DNA of 64,000 nt. It comes from Escherichia phage AV123. The notes beneath the pieces are model-generated. The model was not told the DNA's origin. It worked only from the letters and a program-made list of their open reading frames with translations, and did no database searches. How positions within the stretch are numbered: the stretch's first letter is position 1; each line of letters begins with the position of its first letter. Positions 17,820-27,324 of the stretch are shown piece after piece. The stretch lies in the sequence record OR352953.1. One strand, given 5' to 3'. Both the position numbers and the translations under genes were made by a program.

Positions 17820-18419
17820 ATGAAAGAATATTGGAGTGGTGAGAAGGGCTTACTAAAGCCAGGAATGCTTTTGCGAGTGAAGAACATGTTGATCACACAA
17901 GATTACATAATGCCTAATCCTGGAGCATTAGTAGAATTCCTTACTGCGCGAGATCAACCTGGGGTTGGTGAAATGTGGATAGTAACGTGGATATCTCTCG
18001 ATGGTAAATTGCGCGTTGCTCCTATTGACCCAAAACACCTAGAATCTCCTTACGCCAGTATTGATCCTCGGATCATAGATTTGGCTAGAGTTTATAAAGC
18101 TCGTACTGGTGTAGAATTAAATGTGGAAATTTTAAATCAATGTATTGACTTCTTACCGGAAAAAGTGCATAATGCACAACAAGAAGGTAACGGTTTAGAA
18201 GTTGTTCTTCTTAATGATGGGATGTTCTCTGGTTTGGCATCCGTAGATTTTCCAATAACATTAAGATTGTTACCTGGAGAATATGTACTGGATGAAGATA
18301 CTATTGCTATATCCTCTAAAATTTTAGAACTCATTCCAGGTGCAAGGTGTGTTGGTGATACATCTTCCTTGCTGTTTACTCTGAATGAAGAAGCCATTAT
18401 AGTTAAAAAGGAGAAGTAA
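17820..18419 (+). CDS. hypothetical protein (199 aa)
   Basis: in-frame ATG of track ORF 17775..18419 with AGGAG RBS. Confidence 0.6.
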   Translation: MKEYWSGEKGLLKPGMLLRVKNMLITQDYIMPNPGALVEFLTARDQPGVGEMWIVTWISLDGKLRVAPIDPKHLESPYASIDPRIIDLARVYKARTGVELNVEILNQCIDFLPEKVHNAQQEGNGLEVVLLNDGMFSGLASVDFPITLRLLPGEYVLDEDTIAISSKILELIPGARCVGDTSSLLFTLNEEAIIVKKEK

Positions 18420-18524
18420 ATGATGACGTTTATTGTTGGTGTTGTTGTTGGTTATTTTGGTCACAAGTACCAGGATGTTATCATCGCTAAAGTTGACGAA
18501 GTAATCGAAAAATTTAAACACTAA
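18420..18524 (+). CDS. small membrane peptide (34 aa)
   Basis: ATG 18420 with AAGGAGAAG RBS; hydrophobic N-terminus. Confidence 0.4.
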   Translation: MMTFIVGVVVGYFGHKYQDVIIAKVDEVIEKFKH

Positions 18525-18575
18525 TTTTTTAAAAGGCTGTACTGCTGTGCAGCCTATCTTTCAAAGGAGAGTAAA

Positions 18576-18749
18576 ATGTTCAAAGATACCAATTATAAAT
18601 GTGTACATTGTGGTAAATCTTTTGGTGATCACAAAGCTAAAACATTCAATTGTCCACGAAAAGGGCGGGGTAGCTTTAAAGGTTTTAATCCATCCCACGT
18701 TTATTCTCCCAACTACGAGAAACCAGAAGAAGAAAAATTTGTAATCTGA
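18576..18749 (+). CDS. small zinc-finger-like protein (57 aa)
   Basis: ATG 18576 with AAAGGAGAG RBS; CVHCGK...CPRK motif; preferred over overlapping track ORF 18547..18744. Confidence 0.5.
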   Translation: MFKDTNYKCVHCGKSFGDHKAKTFNCPRKGRGSFKGFNPSHVYSPNYEKPEEEKFVI

Positions 18750-18758
18750 GGAGGCAAT

Positions 18759-19046
18759 ATGGAACTAGTGCAAGAAGTTTATGAAAAACTGAAAGAAGAG
18801 AATCTTGATTGGCCTGAACATGCTCTTATTGTCGTCAAAGATACTAATGGTGAAATAAAATTCTCAAGTGTAAGTGAAGATGATGTTGTTTTAAGTCCTA
18901 CAGGATATTATATGAGAGGTGTTACGTGTCTATTCAACACCAAAGTGTATCCTGAAATTAAACTTAGTTACGGTGAACCTGATCATCCAGAAATCGTTAC
19001 ACGTAATGAATATGAAAATTATTATTTTGCTCGTGAAAGCAAATAA
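18759..19046 (+). CDS. hypothetical protein (95 aa)
   Basis: track ORF; GAGGAGG RBS. Confidence 0.6.
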   Translation: MELVQEVYEKLKEENLDWPEHALIVVKDTNGEIKFSSVSEDDVVLSPTGYYMRGVTCLFNTKVYPEIKLSYGEPDHPEIVTRNEYENYYFARESK

Positions 19047-19054
19047 GGAAAACT

Positions 19055-19378
19055 ATGCAAAAAATAAACACTGGTTCTCGTCATAAACAGAAGCAAACAA
19101 AAGCAAGGGTATCTTATGTTGACAACTCTTGTTATAATTTCAAAAATGTTAAAGAAGTTATCATTGATGAAAAAGAAGGTTTGATTCACATTTCATCTGA
19201 ACGTTTGAAAGGTAGTGTTACTCTTCGTGAGAATGTATCTATACCTATGAAAGTTGTGGCTACACTCTGTGTTGATAAACCAGATGTTGTTAACTACTAT
19301 GTGTTCCGTGATAGTTGTATTTCATTACATAATAAGATTTTTAAATCTTCGCACGTTAAAACAAAACACATTGTATAA
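19055..19378 (+). CDS. hypothetical protein (107 aa)
   Basis: track ORF. Confidence 0.55.
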   Translation: MQKINTGSRHKQKQTKARVSYVDNSCYNFKNVKEVIIDEKEGLIHISSERLKGSVTLRENVSIPMKVVATLCVDKPDVVNYYVFRDSCISLHNKIFKSSHVKTKHIV

Positions 19379-19384
19379 CACATA

Positions 19385-19408
19385 AACCCGCTTCGGCGGG
19401 TTTTCTTG
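19385..19408 (+). terminator. rho-independent terminator (CCCGC-TTCG-GCGGG + TTTT)
   Basis: tetraloop hairpin and T-tract after stop 19378. Confidence 0.65.
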
Positions 19409-19452
19409 TATGTGTGTTTTTATTTGTCTTAGCATAAACAATAGGAGGTATT

Positions 19453-19674
19453 ATGTCTGTAGTTGTAGAAGGTAGTATTGGTTTCTTAGTAGATAACCCT
19501 CACCCTTTCGTGGTTAAGGTTCATATTCAAGAAAAGGTAAGCAACAATACGTGGTTGTGCTTGTTAGATAGTAAGATACACTCTTATACAGAGGTTTATC
19601 TTCATACTTGGCAAATTGGTACGATAACAGCAGAGGATGAATTGATAATTGAATTATATGAACGAGATCTATAG
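19453..19674 (+). CDS. hypothetical protein (73 aa)
   Basis: track ORF; TAGGAGG RBS. Confidence 0.55.
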   Translation: MSVVVEGSIGFLVDNPHPFVVKVHIQEKVSNNTWLCLLDSKIHSYTEVYLHTWQIGTITAEDELIIELYERDL

Positions 19675-19754
19675 ATGACTTTACTAGAGAGTATCGTAGT
19701 GTTAATCATCTTTATCATTGTTGTCATAGGATATTTTACAGAGGACTAAAATAA

Positions 19755-19788
19755 AGCCCCTAGAATCACTTCTAGGGGCTTTTGTTTG
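19755..19788. terminator. bidirectional terminator hairpin (AGCCCCTAGAA-TCAC-TTCTAGGGGCT + TTTGTTTG) at convergence of + and - gene blocks
   Basis: 11-bp perfect stem with T-run; lies between last + gene and first - gene. Confidence 0.6.
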
Positions 19789-19849
19789 CATTAGATAGGG
19801 AAACGTATTACTAAAATAAAAAGTGCGTTAGAATGCGTTACAGGAGGTT

Positions 19850-20107
19850 TTAGGAATGCATAAAATCTTCTTCAGGGCAGGTTGAGAGATAAGAGATGCA
19901 CGTTGGGACAACAACAACATTATCTTTAAGGTTTGCAACCAAGCCTTTTGTAATTCCAGCCACTGCTCCGTTAATATCTGCTTGACGGATACCAAAACCT
20001 TGTTGTGCGGATAGATAACAAAATCCCTCACCTTTCTGTTGATTATTATTGAAGTAATAAACGTAGTGCATCATAAAATGGTCTTTAACGATTTGTTCTG
20101 TGGTCAT
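19850..20107 (-). CDS. hypothetical protein (85 aa)
   Basis: track ORF; AGGAG RBS on minus strand. Confidence 0.55.
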   Translation of the reverse strand: MTTEQIVKDHFMMHYVYYFNNNQQKGEGFCYLSAQQGFGIRQADINGAVAGITKGLVANLKDNVVVVPTCISYLSTCPEEDFMHS

Positions 20108-20125
20108 AATATTCTCCTATAAGAA

Positions 20126-20143
20126 AAGGGGCTTTCGCCCCTT
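20126..20143 (-). terminator. intergenic GC hairpin AAGGGGCTTTCGCCCCTT (terminator-like, TTCG tetraloop)
   Basis: same 18-mer recurs at 31411 and 44498. Confidence 0.5.
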
Positions 20144-20150
20144 GGTCAAG

Positions 20151-20963
20151 TTACTTAGTCAAATGATCTTCTATCATTTTTATGAAAGCAGGATTGCTAA
20201 AAGCATCTGCTGCCTTTTCTCTATAAACAAAGACTCCTCTATCTTCGTAAAGAAGAGTTTCTTCGTAATTAATTCCTGGGTTAACAACAATCATTTTTGT
20301 ACCCATAGTAAGTGCAGGGAATAATTCCCAATTAAAATTGATAACTTGGTTTGAACATCCTACTACAACAACCAAATCTTGCATGGTCAAAGTATCAAAC
20401 AAGTGAGCCATATCTGCATACAAAGGTGCAGCCTCACCAAAAAATACAACATTAGGCTTCACCCAGTTATAATCATCTATGTTTATACTATTGTAACCAA
20501 TGTCTACCAGTGTTTTGTAATCTCCAGGATGCATACGGTAAACTACTTCAGGGAGATACCCGTGCACGTGAATAACAGAATCCCTGTCCACACCTGCTCG
20601 CTCTAGTAGATCATCGACGTTTGTTGTCAAGTTTACTACTTGGTTAGGATATTCCTTAAACCACTTTGCTATTTGAATATGTGCAGCATTAGGTTGTACA
20701 TCTTTAAGCTCAACACGTCTTTTGTTATAAAATTCGTGTGTTTTGGCATATAAGTCCATACCGTTCTCGTCTACACCACCGACCACTGGAAGATCTGGAG
20801 ATGTTCTCACACGATAACCTGCTTGGAAAGCTCCAATATCGCAGACCTCTTCTAAGTCATATTCTTCCCATAAGGCACGACCACTATCTGTGTCTGTTCG
20901 GAACGTTCGAATCCCACTGTCTGCACTTAAACCTGCGCCACTAACAAAAATTACTCTTCGCAT
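20151..20963 (-). CDS. Sir2-family (sirtuin-like) NAD+-dependent protein (270 aa)
   Basis: GAGLSADSGIRTFR (cf. sirtuin GAGIS..SGIPDFR), TTNVDDL (cf. TQNIDGL), HVHG catalytic His, VVFFGE, VVVGCS; no CxxC zinc module seen. Confidence 0.7.
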   Translation of the reverse strand: MRRVIFVSGAGLSADSGIRTFRTDTDSGRALWEEYDLEEVCDIGAFQAGYRVRTSPDLPVVGGVDENGMDLYAKTHEFYNKRRVELKDVQPNAAHIQIAKWFKEYPNQVVNLTTNVDDLLERAGVDRDSVIHVHGYLPEVVYRMHPGDYKTLVDIGYNSINIDDYNWVKPNVVFFGEAAPLYADMAHLFDTLTMQDLVVVVGCSNQVINFNWELFPALTMGTKMIVVNPGINYEETLLYEDRGVFVYREKAADAFSNPAFIKMIEDHLTK

Positions 20964-20974
20964 TCAATATCCTC

Positions 20975-21520
20975 TTAGTAATCATCATCCCAAGAAGATG
21001 CGTCGTAACGCTCTTCCTCTTCGAAATCCCAATTAATTTCTACTCCAAAATCTAAAAACAATTTAACAATGTTTTCTGTAGAGTAGTATTTATCATAAGC
21101 ATTAGCTAGTTCCCAATACTTGTCACTCAATTTTTTATATTTAGGATCATTATAGTCATAATCTACTTTATAACCATAATCATACATCTCTTGTTCAGCT
21201 TTAAGCATAGCTTCTGGTGTAAGAAGATTAGGGAACGGACGATTTCTTTCTTTTAACTTAGAAGCAATCCAGTTTGCAACATTCGCCACTTCACCATCTC
21301 GATTATCACCTAAACAACTTGCATAATCTCCATCTTCGTAAGTGCCTAAATCCCCACTAACTTCATGTACAATAGACGAATACGATCCACACGTTTCACA
21401 ATCTGAAAAAGTGTCTACTGTTGTAATATCAATAGATAAAACTGGTAAAGCCATAGCTTCTTTCACACAAGCCTCCTCATATAATAACATGTCATCAAAA
21501 CCCATATATCCTCCAGACAA
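20975..21520 (-). CDS. hypothetical acidic protein (181 aa)
   Basis: track ORF; D/E/Y-rich. Confidence 0.5.
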   Translation of the reverse strand: MSGGYMGFDDMLLYEEACVKEAMALPVLSIDITTVDTFSDCETCGSYSSIVHEVSGDLGTYEDGDYASCLGDNRDGEVANVANWIASKLKERNRPFPNLLTPEAMLKAEQEMYDYGYKVDYDYNDPKYKKLSDKYWELANAYDKYYSTENIVKLFLDFGVEINWDFEEEERYDASSWDDDY

Positions 21521-21559
21521 ATAAAGCCCCTGCTTGGGGCTTTGGTTAAGTTTTACGGA

Positions 21560-22171
21560 TTATACCAGACTTTTAAGGTACTTGTCAAGGGCTTCTTGAT
21601 CACCTTGACAAACATAGCAACGGAAGTCTTGAGCAGAAGGTTCTTTGTCCTCGTCCCAATCCCAATAGACAGTACCTTTATAGCGTGAGCCTGGGAACTC
21701 GAAGTATGCCACATGAGTAATATGGTGTGGGCCACCCCAAAATTCTGTAAAAGTAAATTGAGGATACGCTGCTTTAACTGTATTCTCAAACCAAGTTTTA
21801 CGATCTAATGCTTCGTTTATAAAATAAGCATGGCGTTCCATTTCATCCCAATCTTTCCAAACGCATTTTTCATCCAGAGAAAAAACAAAATCTTCACTGT
21901 TAAAATCGTCTGTATCTGATTCCAAAATATCATAATCATGTGCACTAGGTATCCACCATCCAGCTTCTAATAGTGCTTTTGCAGGTACAAAACCTTTTTC
22001 AGCATATTGATCAAATTCTTTTACTCTACGTACAGTGCAGTATTCATCTTCACCACCAATGTCCAGTAGACAAGCACCTTTGCGTCTTGCTGCAAGACCA
22101 TGTGTATCAAAAACTACAACACTACCTTCACCGTCTTCACGATCTACTTGATATGCAACTTTTTGAGTCAT
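21560..22171 (-). CDS. hypothetical protein (203 aa)
   Basis: track ORF. Confidence 0.55.
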   Translation of the reverse strand: MTQKVAYQVDREDGEGSVVVFDTHGLAARRKGACLLDIGGEDEYCTVRRVKEFDQYAEKGFVPAKALLEAGWWIPSAHDYDILESDTDDFNSEDFVFSLDEKCVWKDWDEMERHAYFINEALDRKTWFENTVKAAYPQFTFTEFWGGPHHITHVAYFEFPGSRYKGTVYWDWDEDKEPSAQDFRCYVCQGDQEALDKYLKSLV

Positions 22172-22294
22172 ATTACCCCCAATGTATATGGGAAATTAAC
22201 CAAAAGATAAATTCCCAAAAACACCAACCAAGAAAAGTTAATGGAATTATAAAGGCTATCAGAGCAGTCTTCCAGCCTTTCCACAATGTTTCCA

Positions 22295-23284
22295 CTATTC
22301 CTCCATACATTTAAGAATATGTGCAATGACAGGTATAGTCCAACCGTTACCTAACATCTTATATGCTTGTGTGTTACTACTCACTTTAAAGTAGTCATCT
22401 GGCACACCTTGCAAACGGCAACACTCTTTAACGGTTAACTTTCTATAATGTACGCCTTCACTCAATTTTTCAAAAGCATCTAAATATCTTCCAGGTGGAA
22501 TGTAAGCTAATAGTACGTCTTTCGGCACAGTCGTGAGGCAACGAGTTTTTTCACTGTCCTGAACTTCCAAACAATGTACCAAACGATCAGTTTTAGATGT
22601 ACTACGTTTGCCATTTTCATTAATTCTACGCCCATATATTGCTGCTGGATAAAAAACCAGTTGTCTGCGACTCTTTTCAAAATACTGTTCTATATTGCCA
22701 CCTTTGGCATAATTTGCATCTATGCAATAAGCCTTATCTCTGTCTACAATACTATCATCTTCAATGATATCTTGCAATACTTCATTGGTAATCTCCCAGG
22801 GTTTTATTTCCCAGTTGCACCAGTATAAACGTTGTCTATTCTGTGCCGTGAAATCTGCGGAGTTAATGAATACGGGATCAACACCTAAGTAACTTGTGAT
22901 CACGTTTTCCCACTCCACTTTCATCTTAACGTTTTCAAGCATGAACTTAACATTAGGGTTAAACTTTTTAATATGTTCAAGAATTTCAACATATTCGAAG
23001 AATAGCTTAGATCGCGGATCTTGAAAGTTCAAACCCTTACCAGAAGAAGAGAAGCCTTGACACGGACTACCACCTAACAAAAGATCAATTTCTCCCCACG
23101 GGATATCCCATTCTCTCCATTTTGTAACATCACCTAACTGAATAATATCTGGAAAATTTGCTTGGCTTTCAGCTATGGCAAATTTGTCTAATTCTGAAGC
23201 ATAATATGTATCTACTTCAATACCTGCACTTTTTAGCGCAAGCATTCCTCCTGACATACCATCAAAAAGACTTAAAACTTTCAT
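22295..23284 (-). CDS. DNA (cytosine-5)-methyltransferase (329 aa)
   Basis: FDGMSGG (AdoMet motif I), GGSPCQGFS (PCQ catalytic motif IV), ENV motif. Confidence 0.8.
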   Translation of the reverse strand: MKVLSLFDGMSGGMLALKSAGIEVDTYYASELDKFAIAESQANFPDIIQLGDVTKWREWDIPWGEIDLLLGGSPCQGFSSSGKGLNFQDPRSKLFFEYVEILEHIKKFNPNVKFMLENVKMKVEWENVITSYLGVDPVFINSADFTAQNRQRLYWCNWEIKPWEITNEVLQDIIEDDSIVDRDKAYCIDANYAKGGNIEQYFEKSRRQLVFYPAAIYGRRINENGKRSTSKTDRLVHCLEVQDSEKTRCLTTVPKDVLLAYIPPGRYLDAFEKLSEGVHYRKLTVKECCRLQGVPDDYFKVSSNTQAYKMLGNGWTIPVIAHILKCMEE

Positions 23285-23286
23285 TA

Positions 23287-23697
23287 TTACTTCTTCTCCT
23301 TAACACTAGCTGGTAATTCTGCCTTGAGGCAGAAGTTTAAACGGTAAGCCTCATTCTCATTTAAAAGTACAGATTCACACGATAACCAGAACAAGAGATC
23401 CTCAATACTAGGACTGTTAAGCCAACAGTGCAGAAGAGAATGTTGTTCTATATCAATGTAATTTAGTAACAAGGCTTGTAAGGCGTAACTAGTTCCTGTC
23501 GTTTTTGCTTTTTCAAGGATGATATTGTGTTTATTAACAACTTTCTTCCTAAGACCAAACCATTTATTAACAACAACAGTCTCTTCTTGTAGTTGTTTTC
23601 TTATTTTCTCACATTCTTTAACTACAATCTGCATCTTATCCACTGCTGATTGAAGTTGTTCTTTTGTTGGGTTTACAAAATAATCACTATAATACAT
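23287..23697 (-). CDS. hypothetical protein (136 aa)
   Basis: track ORF. Confidence 0.5.
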   Translation of the reverse strand: MYYSDYFVNPTKEQLQSAVDKMQIVVKECEKIRKQLQEETVVVNKWFGLRKKVVNKHNIILEKAKTTGTSYALQALLLNYIDIEQHSLLHCWLNSPSIEDLLFWLSCESVLLNENEAYRLNFCLKAELPASVKEKK

Positions 23698-23745
23698 GCT
23701 AATCTCCTCTTCTGTTTTTCTGTAGTTTATTCGAAAAAACTGGTG

Positions 23746-23768
23746 TTGTCAACAAAAAACCCGCCGAA
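23746..23768 (-). terminator. terminator hairpin (AACCCGC-TTCG-GCGGGTT + T-run on minus strand)
   Basis: GC tetraloop hairpin between 23780 gene and 23697 gene. Confidence 0.55.
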
Positions 23769-23779
23769 GCGGGTTTATA

Positions 23780-24037
23780 TTATTCTACAGGAACTTCTTC
23801 ACCAAAAGAAACTTCTAAACGGAATGCTTTACTTTCAATACACTCACTACCTTTTAGAAAATCAAATTGCACTATAGACTGACTTAATAGGATAGATAGA
23901 ATCACATCGCAATCTTCACTAGGAGCTAGATGTTTGTATTCTTCCTTCAAGGTAACATCATAAAAACATAAATCCCCTACTCCTAGTTCATCCCATCCTT
24001 CCCACGCATCTACAAAGTTAAACTCTAAACCTTTCAT
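23780..24037 (-). CDS. hypothetical protein (85 aa)
   Basis: track ORF. Confidence 0.5.
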   Translation of the reverse strand: MKGLEFNFVDAWEGWDELGVGDLCFYDVTLKEEYKHLAPSEDCDVILSILLSQSIVQFDFLKGSECIESKAFRLEVSFGEEVPVE

Positions 24038-24558
24038 ACAACCTCCTCGTAGTTGTTATTGTGTTTTACTGTCTCAACATACAATAAAGATTCCATCTGT
24101 AATACATTACCAGAAATAATAAACCCATAAGCCATTTCAGATGTGTCTATATCATATGCCCCGTCTTCCGGTTTAGCAAAGTGTAAAACTATTTCATCCG
24201 GGTTTTCTTCATCCCATAGTTTAGAAATTTTCCGAACCAGAATGTTAGCTAAAATAGTTGACATTCGGGATAAAGCTGTATCCTCATATCTTTTAAAACC
24301 TAGCCAATAGAGGTTAAGAATTTCTACTTCTTCTTGTGTTAAGTTTTTGTCTAAAGTAATCAGATCTGTAGAGCACGGCGTTTTTGTTGAACCTACTGTT
24401 ACAAAACCTGGAGTGTTATGAAAAACAATCTTAACTTTATCACGTATAAAGTTTAAACCTTGTGCCTCAACTATATATTGTATTGTAGGTACAATATCGT
24501 TTGTTACATCAATAAAACTATCTTTAATGACGCTTATATTATTTCTGGACAAGACCAT
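24034..24558 (-). CDS. hypothetical protein (174 aa)
   Basis: track ORF. Confidence 0.55.
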   Translation of the reverse strand: MVLSRNNISVIKDSFIDVTNDIVPTIQYIVEAQGLNFIRDKVKIVFHNTPGFVTVGSTKTPCSTDLITLDKNLTQEEVEILNLYWLGFKRYEDTALSRMSTILANILVRKISKLWDEENPDEIVLHFAKPEDGAYDIDTSEMAYGFIISGNVLQMESLLYVETVKHNNNYEEVV

Positions 24559-25117
24559 TCTCCTCTAAAATAGGCTTAATAAACTCGAAAATTTGTTTTT
24601 TACTTTTACCTCTAATATTAAAACAAGGAACATTAAACTTTTTAGCCAACATCCAAGCTGTTCTTGTACCACCTAAAGGATCTCCATTTTTATCTGTATT
24701 TGCACAAGCTAAAAGAAAACAAGATGGTTTTGGATTCTCAAGATCTCTGCCAAGAACTTGGTGGATATTCCTTTGATGTAATTTTTTAGCACCTTGAGAT
24801 AATCTGTCCCAAGCCGGATGCAATTCTTTTGCATATTGTAAGGTTAAAGCATAGTTTACACTATCTGGTCTGTCAAGAACAATAACCTCTCCCTCTATTT
24901 CATTACCTTTAAACGAGAGCCAAGGGATGTATATTTCTTTCTTTGTATTGTTCCCACTATCATATACCCCGCATTCAAATGCGGAATCTGCACCTTCTGC
25001 TTTACCAGATCGCAAAATGAACCATGTAGATAACCATTTTGCAACAGATACCATAGTATCCCATTCTTCGTCTGTAATATCTCTGCTACCAACACCTGTG
25101 TAGAATAAATCGCTCAT
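24539..25117 (-). CDS. SLOG-superfamily (DprA/LOG-like) Rossmann-fold protein, tentative (192 aa)
   Basis: internal ATG with AAGGAG RBS; YTGVGSR ... SGKAEGADSAFE ... GDPLGGTRTAWM resemble DprA/LOG glycine-rich motifs; assignment by eye only. Confidence 0.35.
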   Translation of the reverse strand: MSDLFYTGVGSRDITDEEWDTMVSVAKWLSTWFILRSGKAEGADSAFECGVYDSGNNTKKEIYIPWLSFKGNEIEGEVIVLDRPDSVNYALTLQYAKELHPAWDRLSQGAKKLHQRNIHQVLGRDLENPKPSCFLLACANTDKNGDPLGGTRTAWMLAKKFNVPCFNIRGKSKKQIFEFIKPILEENGLVQK

Positions 25118-25127
25118 GGTTTTCTCC

Positions 25128-25448
25128 TTAACAAGTAATATTGGGAGTAACAATTGGATTAACAATTGGAGTAATAGGGTACGTAAACCAAGGGCTTCCA
25201 ATTTCCCAAGGATTATAAGGTCTACGAGGATCAAATGGGGGAGTTACTTCAGGCTTTTTCCAAATCTCCGCTAGTTGTTTCTTCCATTTATCCCTTGCTG
25301 TCTCATTATCTTCATCCAACTGTTCATCATTATCTTTTATTTCTGGTTTTGGAAATAAAAGCTCTTTGACTAACTCAACATCTTCCGTCTCAATAGTAGT
25401 TTCTTTCGTAAGTTCTCCTACTGTTTCTTTAATTGTGATTTTATACAT
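25128..25448 (-). CDS. hypothetical protein (106 aa)
   Basis: track ORF. Confidence 0.5.
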   Translation of the reverse strand: MYKITIKETVGELTKETTIETEDVELVKELLFPKPEIKDNDEQLDEDNETARDKWKKQLAEIWKKPEVTPPFDPRRPYNPWEIGSPWFTYPITPIVNPIVTPNITC

Positions 25449-26194
25449 TAGTCCTCCTCTAAAGTAGAATAAAATTGTAACGTATTTGAATCATCAAAAT
25501 ATGCAAAGGTTAAATTACCATTGAAGCAAGATCCTGTGTCCATATATACCCTATTACTGCTAATCACAGGTTTAGGAACATAAGAATGCCCGTGAAATAC
25601 ATAATCTACTCCTGAAACCCTAGGAAGAAGAATTCCTTCAAGTGCGCAATCTATCATATCACGATCCCACATTAAAGATTCTGTGAATCGAGAAACTTGC
25701 TCTTTATTCATATTCAAACAAAATGGCAAAACTTCTGTCACTGGTAAATGTTCCAAAACTGAAGGATACCCACCGTGAATAAAGCCTAGTTTCATATTAC
25801 GATAATTGACAACAAGTACAACAGGTAAATCTTCTAGCATCAAAGCAAGAGCAGTTGCACCCTCTTCTCCACACTCGTCTAGAACTGTATGGCCTCCGTT
25901 CTGAAACCAACATTCGTAATATCGTCTATCACCTTCTAGCAACCCTTTAATCATCATATCTTCATGATTTCCACGAATACCATAACGATTTAGCTTTCTG
26001 GTGAATTCAACAACACAACGAAAATTCTGCTTGCCGCGATCTGTAAGATCTCCTAAAGATACAACAACATCTTGATCTCGGATACCTAAAGTATTAACAC
26101 CTTTCTGGTACAAATCAAAGCAACCATGTAAATCACCAATAATAAACAGGTCTTGATCATCTTTTACACTAATTTCTTGATATACTAGCATCAA
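25448..26194 (-). CDS. PPP-family Ser/Thr protein phosphatase (lambda-phosphatase-like metallophosphoesterase)
   Basis: GDLHGCFD, GDLTDRG, GNHED signature motifs. Confidence 0.75.
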   Translation of the reverse strand: MMLVYQEISVKDDQDLFIIGDLHGCFDLYQKGVNTLGIRDQDVVVSLGDLTDRGKQNFRCVVEFTRKLNRYGIRGNHEDMMIKGLLEGDRRYYECWFQNGGHTVLDECGEEGATALALMLEDLPVVLVVNYRNMKLGFIHGGYPSVLEHLPVTEVLPFCLNMNKEQVSRFTESLMWDRDMIDCALEGILLPRVSGVDYVFHGHSYVPKPVISSNRVYMDTGSCFNGNLTFAYFDDSNTLQFYSTLEED

Positions 26195-26517
26195 CTCTCC
26201 TCAAAATCCATAAGTATAAAGATATTAACTTTACCTTCTATATTATGTTCTACAACAAGATCTGCAAATTCTTTGTAGGCTTTTTCTTCTATTTGTTCAA
26301 TGTGAGACGCTACATCTTTGTATATAGCGTCACCATCTACTTTAACAAGGAGGAATAGAGATCTTACTTCAATCTCTTTATTTTTGCGGGGTAGAAAATC
26401 GACGGCTTCTTGTATACGCCAGCCGAGATACCCTGGAGTCCTTTGAATATCCTCCAAATGACTTTCTAAGATTTCCCTTCCTTTGTCTATTAAAGCCTGT
26501 TCTGTCGTTATTTTCAT
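26191..26517 (-). CDS. hypothetical protein (108 aa)
   Basis: track ORF. Confidence 0.5.
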   Translation of the reverse strand: MKITTEQALIDKGREILESHLEDIQRTPGYLGWRIQEAVDFLPRKNKEIEVRSLFLLVKVDGDAIYKDVASHIEQIEEKAYKEFADLVVEHNIEGKVNIFILMDFEES

Positions 26518-26527
26518 CCCCTTCTCC

Positions 26528-27100
26528 TTAATGTGTTAATGAAACTGCGTAGCTAAACACAGGTTCAGATATTACATCGGCTACAGTAATAAAAACGTCT
26601 TCGTCTTGAGTTGTTTCTACACGACATACAGTTACACCATTCACCACAAATTCAACGCAATGTGGAATATCTTCACAAACGAAGGTAGTGTAAGTAACAC
26701 CCAAAGCATCATACAAAGATTTAACAGTGTTTGCAAGTGCCGCAGTTTCTTCTTTTTCTGAGACAATGAATGCTGTAACAATAAGATTGTTTGCATAGTT
26801 TAAACTGTCCTCTATAGCCAATGATTTACAAGGTAGTAATGCAAAATATTTACCTGGTTTAATCAGACCTGCTTCCCATTGATTCAAAATTGCCTGGGAT
26901 GGTTTAGTAATATAAAACAGATTTTCACTTGGGTTATCAATATTACTTCTGGCGATACAACGTGAAGGATTATTAATATCAAATACATGATCAAAATCTA
27001 CACAAACAGGTAAACTGAAAGGTGTGAATTTTTTACCTAATAATCCTATGGCTGATAATATGTTTGCTGTGCTTATCTTCCCGTTAAAAGCTAAACGCAT
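26528..27100 (-). CDS. hypothetical protein (190 aa)
   Basis: track ORF. Confidence 0.55.
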   Translation of the reverse strand: MRLAFNGKISTANILSAIGLLGKKFTPFSLPVCVDFDHVFDINNPSRCIARSNIDNPSENLFYITKPSQAILNQWEAGLIKPGKYFALLPCKSLAIEDSLNYANNLIVTAFIVSEKEETAALANTVKSLYDALGVTYTTFVCEDIPHCVEFVVNGVTVCRVETTQDEDVFITVADVISEPVFSYAVSLTH

Positions 27101-27111
27101 ACTTAACTCCT

Positions 27112-27315
27112 TTAACTAGCAACCGTAACTTCCGAACTTTCTTCTTTCGTACTGTCTACGATATGCCTGGTGGCAATATACGAGACTTGCCAGTTACCAT
27201 CTGGTGTAGTCTCAATAAGTACCCTATCTACTTCGAGAAAATGCAAAAATTCAACCATCGCTCGCTTCGATAGGAATTGTTTTTTAACAGTCTCCTCAAA
27301 AGATTGAACTGCCAT
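27112..27315 (-). CDS. hypothetical protein (67 aa)
   Basis: track ORF. Confidence 0.45.
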   Translation of the reverse strand: MAVQSFEETVKKQFLSKRAMVEFLHFLEVDRVLIETTPDGNWQVSYIATRHIVDSTKEESSEVTVAS

Positions 27316-27324
27316 GTTTCCTCC

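Noticed and set aside
18547-18744. Track ORF 18547..18744 (+)
   Set aside because: No RBS and low-complexity product; the overlapping frame starting at ATG 18576 has a strong AAAGGAGAG RBS and a zinc-finger-like product, so that one is annotated instead.
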